Made by a program: the position numbers and the translations under genes
Part shown: positions 10,244 through 20,363 of the stretch, piece by piece
How positions within the stretch are numbered: the stretch's first letter is position 1
Layout: every line of letters begins with the position of its first letter
The notes under the pieces: model-generated
Databases searched by the model: none
Told to the model about the DNA's origin: nothing
The model's input: the letters and a program-made list of their open reading frames with translations, nothing else
Assembly (NCBI GenBank): GCA_963663235.2
Contig: CAXXNO010000005.1
Span: forward strand, 96,001 to 160,000
Length of the DNA stretch: 64,000 bases
DNA from: Dehalococcoidia bacterium
GTDB taxonomy: Bacteria; Chloroflexota; Dehalococcoidia; Bin125
Direction of reading: 5' to 3'

Positions 10244-10908
10244 ATGACTGACCTCGTATTCCTGCTTGACGTCGACAACACGCTGCTCGACAACGACCGC
10301 GTCCGGATTGAGCTAGATGCCGCGGTCGCGGACGCTGTCGGTCCGGTGCACCCGTGCGGTTTTGGGAGATCTACGAGGCCGTGCGCGAGGAGCTCGACTT
10401 CGTCAGCTTTCCCGAAACGATGGAGCGCTTCGGCCTCGAATGTTACGAGACGGAATGCTTGGGACGCCTGAGTTCGGTCCTGTACGGCTTCCCCTTCGCC
10501 GAGTCCCTCTACCCCGGTGCGTTGGAAGCAATCGATCATGTGAAGTCGCTGGGGGTTCCCGTGATCCTCTCTGATGGCGACCAGCTCTTTCAGCGCTACA
10601 AGATCCGCGTTGCGGGGATCGAGGCGGCCGTCGACGGACGCGTGTTGGTGTACGTGCACAAGGAGCAAAGCACGGACGACATCCGCAACCGCTACCCGGC
10701 CGAACACTACGTGATGGTCGATGACAAACCGCGCATCCACGCCGGGCTGAAAGCGGCCCTCGGAGACTCGGTGACGACCGTGATGGTCTGCCAAGGGAAG
10801 TACGCGACCGAAGCTGGTCATCACAACTACCCGGAGGCCGACTTGTCCCTCGACTCCATTCGAGACCTGGCGGAACTGACGGCGGGCCAGTTGCGAGGCG
10901 GCGGCTAG
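10244..10908 (+). pseudogene. HAD-superfamily hydrolase with frameshift near 10350
   Basis: Motif I LLDVDNTLLD in one frame; ILSDGD, HKE and MVDDKP in ORF 10354..10908. Confidence 0.75.
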
Positions 10909-11165
10909 GCCCCGGCTGCGCTGAACCCGCCGGGGCCGGTAGCCCGTGAGGCCCGATCAGGGCCGGTCCGGCGATGACACGGGGATCGGCGCGCTCCGCT
11001 CGCGGGACTTCGACGAAGCCTGACCGCTGCCCCCGCCAAACGGCAGGGCCGCCGCCCCCTCGATCTTCCTGCCCGCAAACCGGCCGCGTGGCAGGCGCGC
11101 GGGCGCCCGGCCTCCGCCACTCTGGAGTCAGAACAGCCCGCCAGGGCTGCGGGAGGATGCCAGCG

Positions 11166-11380
11166 ATGACGATGCCCACCACGACCACCGCCGTTCGGAG
11201 GGTCCGCTTTGACGCCTGCGGCCGCTGTGGCGGCGACGCCTTCTTCGACCGCATGGACGAGGATGGCGCTGCCTCCAGTGCGCTCGGCCGCTGCGGCAAT
11301 CCGCGCAGGCCTTCGGCCCGCTGCGAACCCCCGTACCGGTCCCGGTTCCCATCCCCGTGCAGCCGCCACGGGCCGCCTGA
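11166..11380 (+). pseudogene. Small zinc-ribbon protein (CxxC...CxxC) split by a 1-nt frameshift near 11262
   Basis: ACGRCGGDAFFDRMDE in one frame, WRCLQCARPL...PRAA* in another; GGAGG RBS at 11152. Confidence 0.55.
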
Positions 11381-11459
11381 CGGCTCGGCCCGCCACCCCG
11401 CACCAAAAAAGAGATCTGCGGCGCCGCCCCCGCGCCGCCGCTACCAAAGGAGGCCCCCA

Positions 11460-11714
11460 ATGCCAACGAACACCGTCAACAGCCGGCCTGAGCCGATCTG
11501 GGAAGTCATGGGCGATGTCCGGGTTGCCGGCCGCTTCCACGCCGACGTGGCCGACCTCGCCGTCCGGCGCCGTTCCCCGGCCGGCGACCCGCGACCGCGG
11601 CGCGCGAACGTGCGCTTCCAGTTCGCCCTCCCGGAGGGCTTGGCCCGCTTCGTCGAGTTGCTACGCTGCCACGGATGGCAGGTCACCCGCCGCCCGGCCT
11701 CGGCGGACTGCTGA
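11460..11714 (+). CDS. Small hypothetical protein
   Basis: Strong AAAGGAGG RBS before ATG 11460; 84 aa; no recognised family. Confidence 0.4.
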   Translation: MPTNTVNSRPEPIWEVMGDVRVAGRFHADVADLAVRRRSPAGDPRPRRANVRFQFALPEGLARFVELLRCHGWQVTRRPASADC

Positions 11715-11764
11715 GGCGGCCACGGCGCCTTCTGGCCGCTCCGCCGCCACCAGGAGGCTTCGAG

Positions 11765-12112
11765 ATGGAATCCGTTCGCGAGGTGACCGACGGCAATTTC
11801 GCCGCCGAGGTGCTCGGCCAGCGGATCCCCGCGCTCGTCCGCTTCTGGACGCCCTGGTGCGGCCCCTGTCGCCTCGGGGCGCCCGTCTTCGACGAGGTGG
11901 CCGCCGAGTACGAAGGTCGCGCGGCCTTCTACAAAATGGACGCGGATCAGAGCCGCGAGACGGTGGTCCGCTACCGTCTTCGCAATCTCCCAACCATCGT
12001 GGTGTTCCAGGACGGGGAGCCCGGCACAAGGATCGTCGGCTTCCGCCCCAAGAGCGCCTTGGTCCGGCAACTCGACGAGATCCTGGAGTCATCCGCCACC
12101 GAGCCCGCATGA
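11765..12112 (+). CDS. trxA: Thioredoxin
   Basis: FWTPWCGPC active site, NLPT cis-Pro motif; AGGAGG RBS. Confidence 0.88.
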   Translation: MESVREVTDGNFAAEVLGQRIPALVRFWTPWCGPCRLGAPVFDEVAAEYEGRAAFYKMDADQSRETVVRYRLRNLPTIVVFQDGEPGTRIVGFRPKSALVRQLDEILESSATEPA

Positions 12113-12212
12113 CTGGGCGGAACGCCGGCCACGCTCCTTGACCCCCTCTCGGCCGACGACTATACCGCTTGCGGGAAGCGGAACCGACGCACGCGATAGA
12201 GGGGGCACTTCG

Positions 12213-14204
12213 ATGACCGATCTCGATGTTCTTTGGCAGCCGCTGCAGGTCGGACCGACGCAGCTCAAGCATCGCATCTTCGTCTCGGCCCACACCCAGA
12301 TGTACAGCCAGAACAATCTGCTCAGCGATCGGCACGTCGCCTACTACGCGGAACGCGCCAAGGGCGGAGCCGCGCTCGTCATTACGGAGCAGCAGGGCGT
12401 GCATTGGACCGCCTTGGGCGGCTACCACGGCATATCCAAGGGCTATGACGAGGAGGTGATCCCGCAGTACAAGAAGCTCGCCGATGCCGTGCACGCGGAG
12501 GGATGCCGCGTCTTTATGCAGGGAGTCGCGCTCGGCGCTCAAGACGACGGGGTGATGTTCATCGAGAACCGGCACGCCGTGCAGGCCCCTTCGGCCATCC
12601 CCTCCGTCACCTACCGCGCCAACCCGCGCGAGATGGCCCACGAGGACATCGCCGATATCTGCCGCGGCTATGGCCAGACGGCGCACAACGTGATGACCGC
12701 CGGCGCGGACGGCTTCGAGGTCCACGGGGCGCACGGCTACCTCCTCTGCCAGTTCCTCTCCCCACTGACAAACCACCGCACGGATAAGTACGGCGGCAGC
12801 ACGGAGAACCGCTGCCGCATGCTGATCGAGGCGGCCGAAGAGGTGCGCCGACGGGTCGGCGATTCCATCACGGTCGGGACCCGGCTCAGCGGCGACGAAT
12901 GGGTCGATGGCGGCATCACCGCCGACGAGGGGGAGCGGATCATCCGCACGCTCAAAGAGACCGGCCTCTTTGACTATTTCAACATGACCGGCGGCAACTA
13001 TCACTCGCTGCACCGCATCATGTCCCCCATGAACGTCGAGCATGGCTTCATGGTGGAGCACGCCCGCCGCGCCAAGCAGGTCGCGGGCGACACGCCCGTC
13101 TTTACCGTGGGGCGCATCGTCACCGTCGATGAGGCGGCCCGCGTCATCGCCGACGGCCACGCCGACATGGTGGCGATGACGCGCGCACACATCGCCGATC
13201 CGGAGCTGGTAAACAAAGCGCGTTCCGGCCGCGTCGACGAGATCCGCAAATGCGTTGGCTCCAACCAGGGGTGCATCAATCGTGCCTTCCAGAACACCGG
13301 CATGTCGTGCACCGTGAACCCCGCTGTGGGTCTGGAAGGCCGCTGGGGCATCGGCACGCTCACGCCCTCCGCAACGCCGAAGCGGGTGGTGGTGATCGGG
13401 GGTGGGCCCGCCGGCATGAAGGTGGCGGAGGTGGCGGGCAGCCGCGGCCATCAGGTGACGCTGTTCGAAAAGTCGGGCCGGCTCGGTGGCCAGATGAACT
13501 ACGCGGCCATGCTACCCACCCGCGCCGAGTGGAGTGGGGTGACCGACTATCTCGCCGGGGCGATGGAGCGCGCCGGCGTCGACGTGCGCCTCAATACGGC
13601 GGTCACGCCCGACCAAGTGGCCGCTGAGAACCCCGATGACGTGGTGGTCGCGACGGGCTCCGACTACGACAAGTCGGGCTACTCGATCTTCCGCGGAGAG
13701 CGTGAGGGGATCCCGGGCTTGCAGCGGGAAAACGTCCTCACCCCCATCGAGGCGCTGGCCGATCCGGATCGCTGTGGGGAACGGGTGCTCATCTTGGATG
13801 AGCAGGGAGATTACCCGCCGCTCGGACTGGCCGAGTTCCTCGCGGACAAAGGGAAACAGGTGGAGATCGTCACGCGGCACATGTTCGTCGGGGATAAGAC
13901 CGCCACCCAGTTGCACCTGCCGTACATCTACCCCAGGCTGGCGCAAAAGGGGATCAAGCTCTCTCCCCAGAAGTTCGTGGAGAGCGTTCGCGAGGGAACG
14001 GCGGCGGTCTACAACATCTGGGATGGCAGCCAGACCGCGGTGGCCGTGGATTCCATCATCCTGAACATGGGACGGACCCCGGACGCACTCTTCGACGCGT
14101 TGAATGACCGCCTGCCGAGCGTCCACCGCATCGGCGACTGCCTGGCCCCCCGCAACGTCGACGAAGCCATCTACGAGGGCGAGGAGCTCGGCCGCGCGCT
14201 CTGA
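12213..14204 (+). CDS. NADH:flavin oxidoreductase (OYE/FadH-like, with Fe-S and FAD domains)
   Basis: ERAKGG, EVHGAHGYL, NHRTDKYGGS.ENR, CTVNP, GGGPAG and IGDC motifs. Confidence 0.92.
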   Translation: MTDLDVLWQPLQVGPTQLKHRIFVSAHTQMYSQNNLLSDRHVAYYAERAKGGAALVITEQQGVHWTALGGYHGISKGYDEEVIPQYKKLADAVHAEGCRVFMQGVALGAQDDGVMFIENRHAVQAPSAIPSVTYRANPREMAHEDIADICRGYGQTAHNVMTAGADGFEVHGAHGYLLCQFLSPLTNHRTDKYGGSTENRCRMLIEAAEEVRRRVGDSITVGTRLSGDEWVDGGITADEGERIIRTLKETGLFDYFNMTGGNYHSLHRIMSPMNVEHGFMVEHARRAKQVAGDTPVFTVGRIVTVDEAARVIADGHADMVAMTRAHIADPELVNKARSGRVDEIRKCVGSNQGCINRAFQNTGMSCTVNPAVGLEGRWGIGTLTPSATPKRVVVIGGGPAGMKVAEVAGSRGHQVTLFEKSGRLGGQMNYAAMLPTRAEWSGVTDYLAGAMERAGVDVRLNTAVTPDQVAAENPDDVVVATGSDYDKSGYSIFRGEREGIPGLQRENVLTPIEALADPDRCGERVLILDEQGDYPPLGLAEFLADKGKQVEIVTRHMFVGDKTATQLHLPYIYPRLAQKGIKLSPQKFVESVREGTAAVYNIWDGSQTAVAVDSIILNMGRTPDALFDALNDRLPSVHRIGDCLAPRNVDEAIYEGEELGRAL

Positions 14205-14293
14205 CCGCCGTCCCGGCCGTGCCGATCGCATCCGGGCCGATAGCCGCTATCATGCCCCCGCACGCTTCGGCCAAGAAAGGATCCGCACACACT

Positions 14294-14779
14294 ATGCCTA
14301 TCGCTGTTGGAGCCAAACTCCCTACGGACGTCAACGGGTTCGTGTTGGAGAAGGGGCTCCCCGCCAAGAAGTCCCTCGGCGATATCGTCTCCGGCAAGAA
14401 GGTGGTCATCTTCGGCATCCCCGGCGCCTTCACCCCCACCTGTAGCAACGAGCACCTGCCCAGCTACACCAAGGAGGTCGGGGCGTTCAAGGCCAAAGGC
14501 GTGGACGATGTGATCTGTCTCGCCACCAACGACGTCTTCGTCCTCGACGCCTGGAACCAAGCCACCGGCAACGCCCAGATCACCATGCTCTCCGACGGCA
14601 ACGGCGACATCACCCGCGCCCTCGACCTCGGCCTGGACGCGGGCGGCTACGGCATGGGCTTCCGCACCACCCGCTTCGCCATGATCGTTGAGAACGGCGT
14701 TGTCAAAGCGATCGACGTAGAAGAGAGCGCGGTCAATTGTGGCGTGAGCGCCGGGCCCAGCATCCTGGCGAAGCTCTAA
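14294..14779 (+). CDS. Peroxiredoxin (Prx5 type)
   Basis: PGAFTPTCSNEHLP, NDVFVLDAW and RFAMIVENG motifs. Confidence 0.92.
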   Translation: MPIAVGAKLPTDVNGFVLEKGLPAKKSLGDIVSGKKVVIFGIPGAFTPTCSNEHLPSYTKEVGAFKAKGVDDVICLATNDVFVLDAWNQATGNAQITMLSDGNGDITRALDLGLDAGGYGMGFRTTRFAMIVENGVVKAIDVEESAVNCGVSAGPSILAKL

Positions 14780-14939
14780 GCAACCCGCCTTGACTGCGCC
14801 GCCGGCTCGCTTCCGCTCACGACGCCATGGGGCCAATCACCGCGGCTGAGCGCCTTGCTCCGCGGACACCCGTGCCGCGCCGGACGTCGTTGATTCGTCG
14901 TGGATTGGCGGCTGCGACTCCGGGCCGGAAAGGGAAACG

Positions 14940-15389
14940 ATGATTAAGGGCATCTTCCACGTCAACGTGAACTGCACGGACTTTGAGCGCTCGCGCGCCT
15001 TCTACGAAATGCTCGGCTTTAAGGTCGTGCTCGATCTGCCGGAGCACGACCTGAGCGACGCCGGAGTGGTCGGGCTGGGTGTTCCCGATGGTGCGACCCG
15101 CACCGCGCTCCTCCGCATCGGCGATGACCCCTGGGGGACCCGCATTGACCTCATCGAATGGAAGAAGCCGAAGACGGAAGGCCAGCCGTACCCCCACCTC
15201 TACCACACCGGCATCGCGCGGATCGCGCTGCGGACGGAGAACCTGGCGCAGGTCTATGAGGACCTGAAGGCCAAGGGCGTGGAGTTCCTCTCCGAGCCCC
15301 AGGGCCTCAACTTGGCCGGCGGCGAGCGCTTCGTCTGCTTCAAGGACCCGGACGGCGCCATCCTGGAGCTGCTCGAGATCCTGCGCTGA
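14940..15389 (+). CDS. VOC/glyoxalase family protein
   Basis: HVNVNCTDFERSRAFY..LGF and FKDPDG..LEL motifs. Confidence 0.9.
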   Translation: MIKGIFHVNVNCTDFERSRAFYEMLGFKVVLDLPEHDLSDAGVVGLGVPDGATRTALLRIGDDPWGTRIDLIEWKKPKTEGQPYPHLYHTGIARIALRTENLAQVYEDLKAKGVEFLSEPQGLNLAGGERFVCFKDPDGAILELLEILR

Positions 15390-15437
15390 GCGCTCCCACG
15401 GCGCCCGCCGGCCCCACCGCCGCGGGCGCGTGATCGG

Positions 15438-15467
15438 CGAGAGGCCCCTCGGTTGAGGGGCCTCTCG
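15438..15467. terminator. Hairpin terminator between convergent genes
   Basis: CGAGAGGCCCCTC-GGTT-GAGGGGCCTCTCG, 13-bp perfect stem followed by TTT. Confidence 0.75.
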
Positions 15468-15500
15468 TTTGTCGTCGCTGCCGGCGAAGGCGTTGCGGCG

Positions 15501-17333
15501 TTAGGCCGTAAAGACGATATCCCCGTAGTCGATGAGATTGTCGCCACGGTAGTGAAAGCCGCTGACGTTGTCGCGGAAAATGTACTGCGGGTTCGTCCAG
15601 GCGATGTGCTGGAAAGGGGCGTCTTCCGCGAGTATGCGCTGGGCCGTGTCGTAGAACGCCAGCGCATCGGGGGCCTGGTCATCCCCCACTTCAATCCCGG
15701 ACTGCACGGCCGCCCAGAAGTCATCCCATTGCGCGCGGCCCGTGTCGTAGAAAGCAAAGTTGATCGGCGAGCCGCTCTGGAAGAAGAGCTGGAGGTAGTA
15801 GGGCATGGTCTGCACGAAGGACGCGGAGCGGACCAGCCACGTGGGCTGCCGCGCCTCCGGTGTGCCGCGGTTCTCGTCGGCGGCCGCGGGCGGCAACGCC
15901 ACCAGGTTCAAGCGGATGCCGGCCTTCGCCGCCGACTCGCGCATGAGGACCGCGGCCTCCTCCTGGTCGGGGAGGGCCAGCTCGTACGACATGTCGATGT
16001 CAAAGCCGTCCGGCACTCCGGCCTCCGCCAGCAGCTCCTTGGCCTTGTCGATGTCGGTGACGTATTGGTGAGAGTGCTCCGGCGCGGCGCCGGGGATCGG
16101 CGGCCAGACGTACGAAAATGCACGGATCGCCAGGCCCTCGTAGACCGTGTTGATCATGTCGTCGTACGGGATGACGTAGGCCAGCGCTTGACGGACCCGC
16201 GTATCTCCCCACACTTCTTCGTTCATGTTCGTCACGGACCACAGGTTCAAGTTCGTGTTGGCGGTGGGAACGTAGGTCCCTTCCTCGCCCTCCGTGCCCA
16301 CCTGCTCGCGCGCCAGCATCGCCTTGGCGATGTGCACGTCGCCCCGGCGGACCAGCGCCAGCCGGTTGGCGCTCTCCGGCACCACCCGCCAGATGATCCG
16401 CTCGATCTGCGCGGGGTTGATCCCGTCGCCCCGGGCCCAGCCCTCGTTGCGGAGGAAGACCGCCTGTTCCCCTTGCGTGAAGATCTCGAGCTGGTAGGCC
16501 CCGAAGCCGTGGGAGTGCGTGACCGCCCACTCTGCCGACCACGGGTCGTCCTCCGTGGCGTTCTCCTTCATCAACTTGGAGTCGACGATCGCGCCCACGT
16601 GCTGGGCCATGATCGTCTGCTCGAACGTGGGGTACGGCCGGTTGAGCCGGAACTGCACCGTGAAATCGTCGATCCGCTGGATCTGGTCCGGATCAAAGAG
16701 CTCCGCCGCGAACGCCGCGATGAAGGATCCCAGCCCCCCCGCCGCAATCTTGCGCTCCATGGTGTAGGTCACGTCGTCGGCCGTGAACGGGTTGCCGTTA
16801 TAGCTGACCACGCCTTCGCGCAGCGTGAATTCGTAGGTCGTCCCGTCCTCGCTCTTGCTCCAGTCAACCGCCAGCCGCGGTTCCCAGGGGCCCGTCACAT
16901 CCTCCCCCAAGAACCCGCCTGGCTGCTCCACGATCTTGTTGCGGATCAACGTGGAGTGGAGCATCACGTCGGCCTCTTGGCTCTCGTGGGTATTCGCCAA
17001 CTCCTGGTCCAACGTGGTGAACAGGGCAGCCTGCGCGACGATCAGATCGCGCTCCGCGTCCACCCCCGCCTCTTCGGCCGCCTGCTCGATCTCTTCCGCC
17101 GCTTGCTCGACGGCCGCGACCTGCTCCTCCTCGGTGACCTGTGCCTGCGCCTGATCTTCTTCGATCACCTGCGCAATGGCTTGCGATATCGCTTCGTCGT
17201 CGTCGTCGCCGCAACCGACCAGGGCCAGTCCGGCCGCTCCCAGCCCGGCCACCCCTGAGGCGGCCAGCGCCCGTCGCCGCGACATCCGCTGGCCAAGCAT
17301 TCGCCGGTAGGGGCTCACATACCGCTCTTTCAT
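15501..17333 (-). CDS. ABC transporter substrate-binding protein, family 5, Tat lipoprotein (copy 1)
   Basis: SRRRAL and LVGC; EPRLAVDW..SEDGTTYEFTLREGV..FTADDV family-5 signature; VRQALAY. Confidence 0.92.
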   Translation of the reverse strand: MKERYVSPYRRMLGQRMSRRRALAASGVAGLGAAGLALVGCGDDDDEAISQAIAQVIEEDQAQAQVTEEEQVAAVEQAAEEIEQAAEEAGVDAERDLIVAQAALFTTLDQELANTHESQEADVMLHSTLIRNKIVEQPGGFLGEDVTGPWEPRLAVDWSKSEDGTTYEFTLREGVVSYNGNPFTADDVTYTMERKIAAGGLGSFIAAFAAELFDPDQIQRIDDFTVQFRLNRPYPTFEQTIMAQHVGAIVDSKLMKENATEDDPWSAEWAVTHSHGFGAYQLEIFTQGEQAVFLRNEGWARGDGINPAQIERIIWRVVPESANRLALVRRGDVHIAKAMLAREQVGTEGEEGTYVPTANTNLNLWSVTNMNEEVWGDTRVRQALAYVIPYDDMINTVYEGLAIRAFSYVWPPIPGAAPEHSHQYVTDIDKAKELLAEAGVPDGFDIDMSYELALPDQEEAAVLMRESAAKAGIRLNLVALPPAAADENRGTPEARQPTWLVRSASFVQTMPYYLQLFFQSGSPINFAFYDTGRAQWDDFWAAVQSGIEVGDDQAPDALAFYDTAQRILAEDAPFQHIAWTNPQYIFRDNVSGFHYRGDNLIDYGDIVFTA

Positions 17334-17451
17334 CGCTCGATCCTTCCTCCTGGTTCTGCCGAATCCCGCTTCCGCCACCCGGATGGCGTACCCGCCCCGG
17401 GCATGATCGGCATCATACATGACTTACGAAACGGGTTGCCCACTTCGCAAG

Positions 17452-17511
17452 GAAGAGCAGACGCTACATCTGAAGAGCAGACGCTACATCTGAAGAGCAG
17501 ACGCTACATCT
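17452..17511. repeat. Three exact tandem 20-bp repeats GAAGAGCAGACGCTACATCT
   Basis: Read directly; the paralogous site (~22380-22399) has a single unit. Confidence 0.9.
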
Positions 17512-17789
17512 GCAGAAACCGCTCCTTGGCCCAGCCCTCCTCGTAGCTCGTGAAAAACGCGAGGTGAACGTTGGAGGCGTCGATGACCCAGCTCCCGTCG
17601 ACTTTCTTATAGGTATCGTCGTAGGTCGCGGCCAAGAACGCCGCACGGCCCTTCACCGTCAACGGCACCCACGTGTACCACGAACCCGTCGCATCGATGC
17701 CGTTGTCGTCGACGTCGATGATCTCTCCCAGCATGTAGTGCAACGAGAACGGGTACATCTCGGCGCCGGGGACGAAGAAGGCATGGATC
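17504..17789 (-). pseudogene. SnoaL/NTF2-like gene, 5' 183 bp including start codon deleted
   Basis: Matches the 3' part of 22392..22859; segment 22678..22860 absent, joined at ATC microhomology. Confidence 0.88.
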
Positions 17790-18013
17790 GCTGTTCCTTT
17801 CTCCGGGCGGTTCCAGCGCGTGCGGAAGGCTACCACTCGCCGCATCCCGGGAAAAGGCGACGATGGCGCTCTCGCGAGGTCGCCCGCGTCGCTCCTTGAC
17901 CGCCCACAGGTCAGCGCTTATACAGGCGGAACCTGAGTCTGGGCCGCGCTCTCTGACGCTCGCGCCCTGCACAGCCCCGGCGCGACCCTCTCGGCCGCCC
18001 AGCGGAGGAAAAC

Positions 18014-19048
18014 ATGAGCAAGCTGCCGCCGATCAACATCTCCCTGAGCGGTTTCCCCTATGACGACGCGATCACCATGGTCAAGGAGGCGGACAAGGCG
18101 GGGCTGTACGCTACCTGGGTGCCGGAGTTCCAACGCGACTCCCTGACCTATCTCGCCGCCATGGCCCCCCTCACCAGCGACATCAAGCTCATCAGCAGTG
18201 TCGCCACCTGGACCCGTACCCCCGTCAACATGATGCGTGCCTGCAAGGACTTGGACATGCTCAGCCACGGCCGCTTCATGCTCGGCCTGGGCTCCATGCC
18301 CGCCTCGTGGAACCGGGACTATCACGCCATCCCGCCCGAGAAGCCCGTGGCGCGCATGCGCGAATACGTGGAGACGCTGCGGCTCCTGTGGAAATCGGAC
18401 CCGGACACACCCGTGAACTACGAGGGCCGCTTCTACCAAATCTACGATTACCGCGTCCTCGAGCCGCCCGATCGGCCGCATCTCCCCATCCTTCTTGGCG
18501 CCACCCGGCCGAACATGCTGCGGACCGCCGGAGAGATCGCCGACGGCGTCCTCTTCAACTGGAACTTCACGCTGGATTTCGTCAGGAACGAAGCGCTGCC
18601 GGCGATTGTGGAGGGGGCCAAGAAATCCGGCCGCACCTTGCAAGACCTCCACATCGATGCCGGGCGGCCCGTCGTCTTCACCGACGACAAAGAAGAGGCC
18701 GACGCGGCCATCGCATGTTGGCGACGCGGGACGGCTTACATCTTCATACAGGCGGACTACCATCGCGACATGCTTGAAACACTCGGCTTCGAGGAGGAAG
18801 TGGCTCGCGGCAAGAAAGCGATGGCGGTCGGAGATTTCGACGGCGTCATCGAAGCGATCAACGACCGCATCGTCGACACCTTCGTCATCAGGGGCGCTCC
18901 CGACGAGTGCCTGGAGCGCATCGCCGAGTTCAGCGATTTCGCGGACTCCTTTTCCGTCGCGAGTTCTACCTGGACCGGTGTGGGCGGCAAGGAGAGCATG
19001 AAAGCCACGCGCAGAGTGATCGAAGTGCTCGCGGACGCCGGCCGCTGA
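18014..19048 (+). CDS. LLM class flavin-dependent oxidoreductase (copy 1)
   Basis: WVPE, LSHGRFMLGLG, PILLGATRPNML..AGEIADGV motifs. Confidence 0.9.
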   Translation: MSKLPPINISLSGFPYDDAITMVKEADKAGLYATWVPEFQRDSLTYLAAMAPLTSDIKLISSVATWTRTPVNMMRACKDLDMLSHGRFMLGLGSMPASWNRDYHAIPPEKPVARMREYVETLRLLWKSDPDTPVNYEGRFYQIYDYRVLEPPDRPHLPILLGATRPNMLRTAGEIADGVLFNWNFTLDFVRNEALPAIVEGAKKSGRTLQDLHIDAGRPVVFTDDKEEADAAIACWRRGTAYIFIQADYHRDMLETLGFEEEVARGKKAMAVGDFDGVIEAINDRIVDTFVIRGAPDECLERIAEFSDFADSFSVASSTWTGVGGKESMKATRRVIEVLADAGR

Positions 19049-19122
19049 TGCCCTTGAGGTGACGACGGCGTCCACGCTGGACCCATGCGCCGGGTCGGCC
19101 GACCTGCGAAAGGACGCAATCG

Positions 19123-20154
19123 ATGCAAATCGGCTCCTGCATGAACACCCACGGCGTGGTCTTCCGCAGCGAGACGGAGTTCTGGGTGGAGAACCTCGCC
19201 GCCGACGACATGCGCCCCATCGAGTTCGCGCAGCGCGCCGAACGCCTCGGCTATCATTCCCTCTGGTTCCCGGACCACGTCACGCTGCCGCTCCAAACCA
19301 CCGATGTCCACATCGCCAATCCGGAGTCGGGCAAGCGCCACTACGTCGAGCGGCCCGAGATGCTCGACGCGCTCGTCACGATGGGCGCTGTGGCGGGCGC
19401 TACCAGCACCATCAAGCTGGCCACCTCCGTGCTGATCTCCCCCTACCGCCCCCCTCTTCACGACGCCCGCCAGTTCGCCACGGTCGACCGCCTGTCCAAC
19501 GGCCGCCTCATCGCCGGCGTCGGGGCCGGCTGGGCCAAGGAGGAGTTCGACGCCCTCCACCTCAACTACGCGAAGCGCGGCGAGATGACCGATGAGTGCA
19601 TCCAGGTCTACAAGACCGCCTGGCAGGACGGGACCCCCAACTTCGATGGGGAGTTCTACAGCTTCCACGACATCACCATGGACCCCAAGCCGGTGCAGAA
19701 GCCGCGGCCGCCCATCGTCTTCGGCGGCATGTCCAAGGCCGGAGCCCGCCGCGCGGCCCGCCTCTGCGACGGCTTCTACCCCATCTTCATGCACCCCGGG
19801 GCGCGGCCCCACGAGCTCGATCACTTCCAGGATGAGATCCGGCGCGAGGCCCAGCGCATCGGCCGAGACCTCTCCGACTTCATGATGATCGGGCAGGTGG
19901 CCGCCCGCATCACCGACGCCAACGATCCGCACTTGCAGCGCAAGGTGCGCCCGATCTGCGAGGGCACGCCGGAGATGATCCTCTCCGACCTCCAGGAGTT
20001 CGCCGAGGCCGGCTACTCCTTGATGGTCGTGCATCAGGATTGCCAGACCAGCACCGCCGAGGAGCTGTTCGAGCGCACGGAGCAGTTCGGCCGGGAGATC
20101 ATCCCCCTCGCCCAGGACTTCAAGCCGGGCGGCGAGTGGAAGCCGGTCCCCTAG
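19123..20154 (+). CDS. LLM class oxidoreductase, probably F420-dependent (Rv2161c-like)
   Basis: SLWFPDHV, ATVDRLSNGRLIAGVGAGW.KEEF, PKPVQKPRPP motifs. Confidence 0.88.
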   Translation: MQIGSCMNTHGVVFRSETEFWVENLAADDMRPIEFAQRAERLGYHSLWFPDHVTLPLQTTDVHIANPESGKRHYVERPEMLDALVTMGAVAGATSTIKLATSVLISPYRPPLHDARQFATVDRLSNGRLIAGVGAGWAKEEFDALHLNYAKRGEMTDECIQVYKTAWQDGTPNFDGEFYSFHDITMDPKPVQKPRPPIVFGGMSKAGARRAARLCDGFYPIFMHPGARPHELDHFQDEIRREAQRIGRDLSDFMMIGQVAARITDANDPHLQRKVRPICEGTPEMILSDLQEFAEAGYSLMVVHQDCQTSTAEELFERTEQFGREIIPLAQDFKPGGEWKPVP

Positions 20155-20192
20155 GCTGCCAACCATCGCATGCCATCGAGAGGAGGCGACCG

Positions 20193-20315
20193 ATGAAGGT
20201 GCACGCGCTGGGCCACGCGGCCATCAAGGTGCGCGATGTGGAGCGCGGCGAGCGCTTCGTCTGCTTCAAGGACCCGGACGGCGCCATCCTGGAGCTGCTC
20301 GAGATCCTGCGCTGA
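20193..20315 (+). pseudogene. Chimeric VOC stub at the duplication breakpoint
   Basis: MKVHALGHAAIKVRDVER (N-terminus of another VOC gene, AGGAGG RBS) fused to GERFVCFKDPDGAILELLEILR, identical to the end of 14940..15389. Confidence 0.85.
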
Positions 20316-20363
20316 GCGCTCCCACGGCGCCCGCCGGCCCCACCGCCGCGGGCGCGTGATCGG

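Larger units (their letters stand above)
15319..19093. repeat. Segmental duplication, copy 1 (VOC 3' end, terminator, SBP, SnoaL remnant, LLM)
   Basis: Near-identical to 20245..24184; offset 4926 at the left end. Confidence 0.95.

Noticed and set aside
12213-14204. Mycofactocin system assignment for the OYE enzyme
   Set aside because: No mft genes in the window; family-level similarity is insufficient
15453-17258. 601-aa plus-strand ORF and similar long antisense ORFs (20379..22349, 29789..32149, 52870..54480, 54849..57131)
   Set aside because: Shadow frames opposite clear genes, expected at high GC; no family motifs
17452-17511. 20-bp repeats as a mini CRISPR array
   Set aside because: Units are directly adjacent with no spacers, no cas genes are present, and the unit derives from the SnoaL gene end
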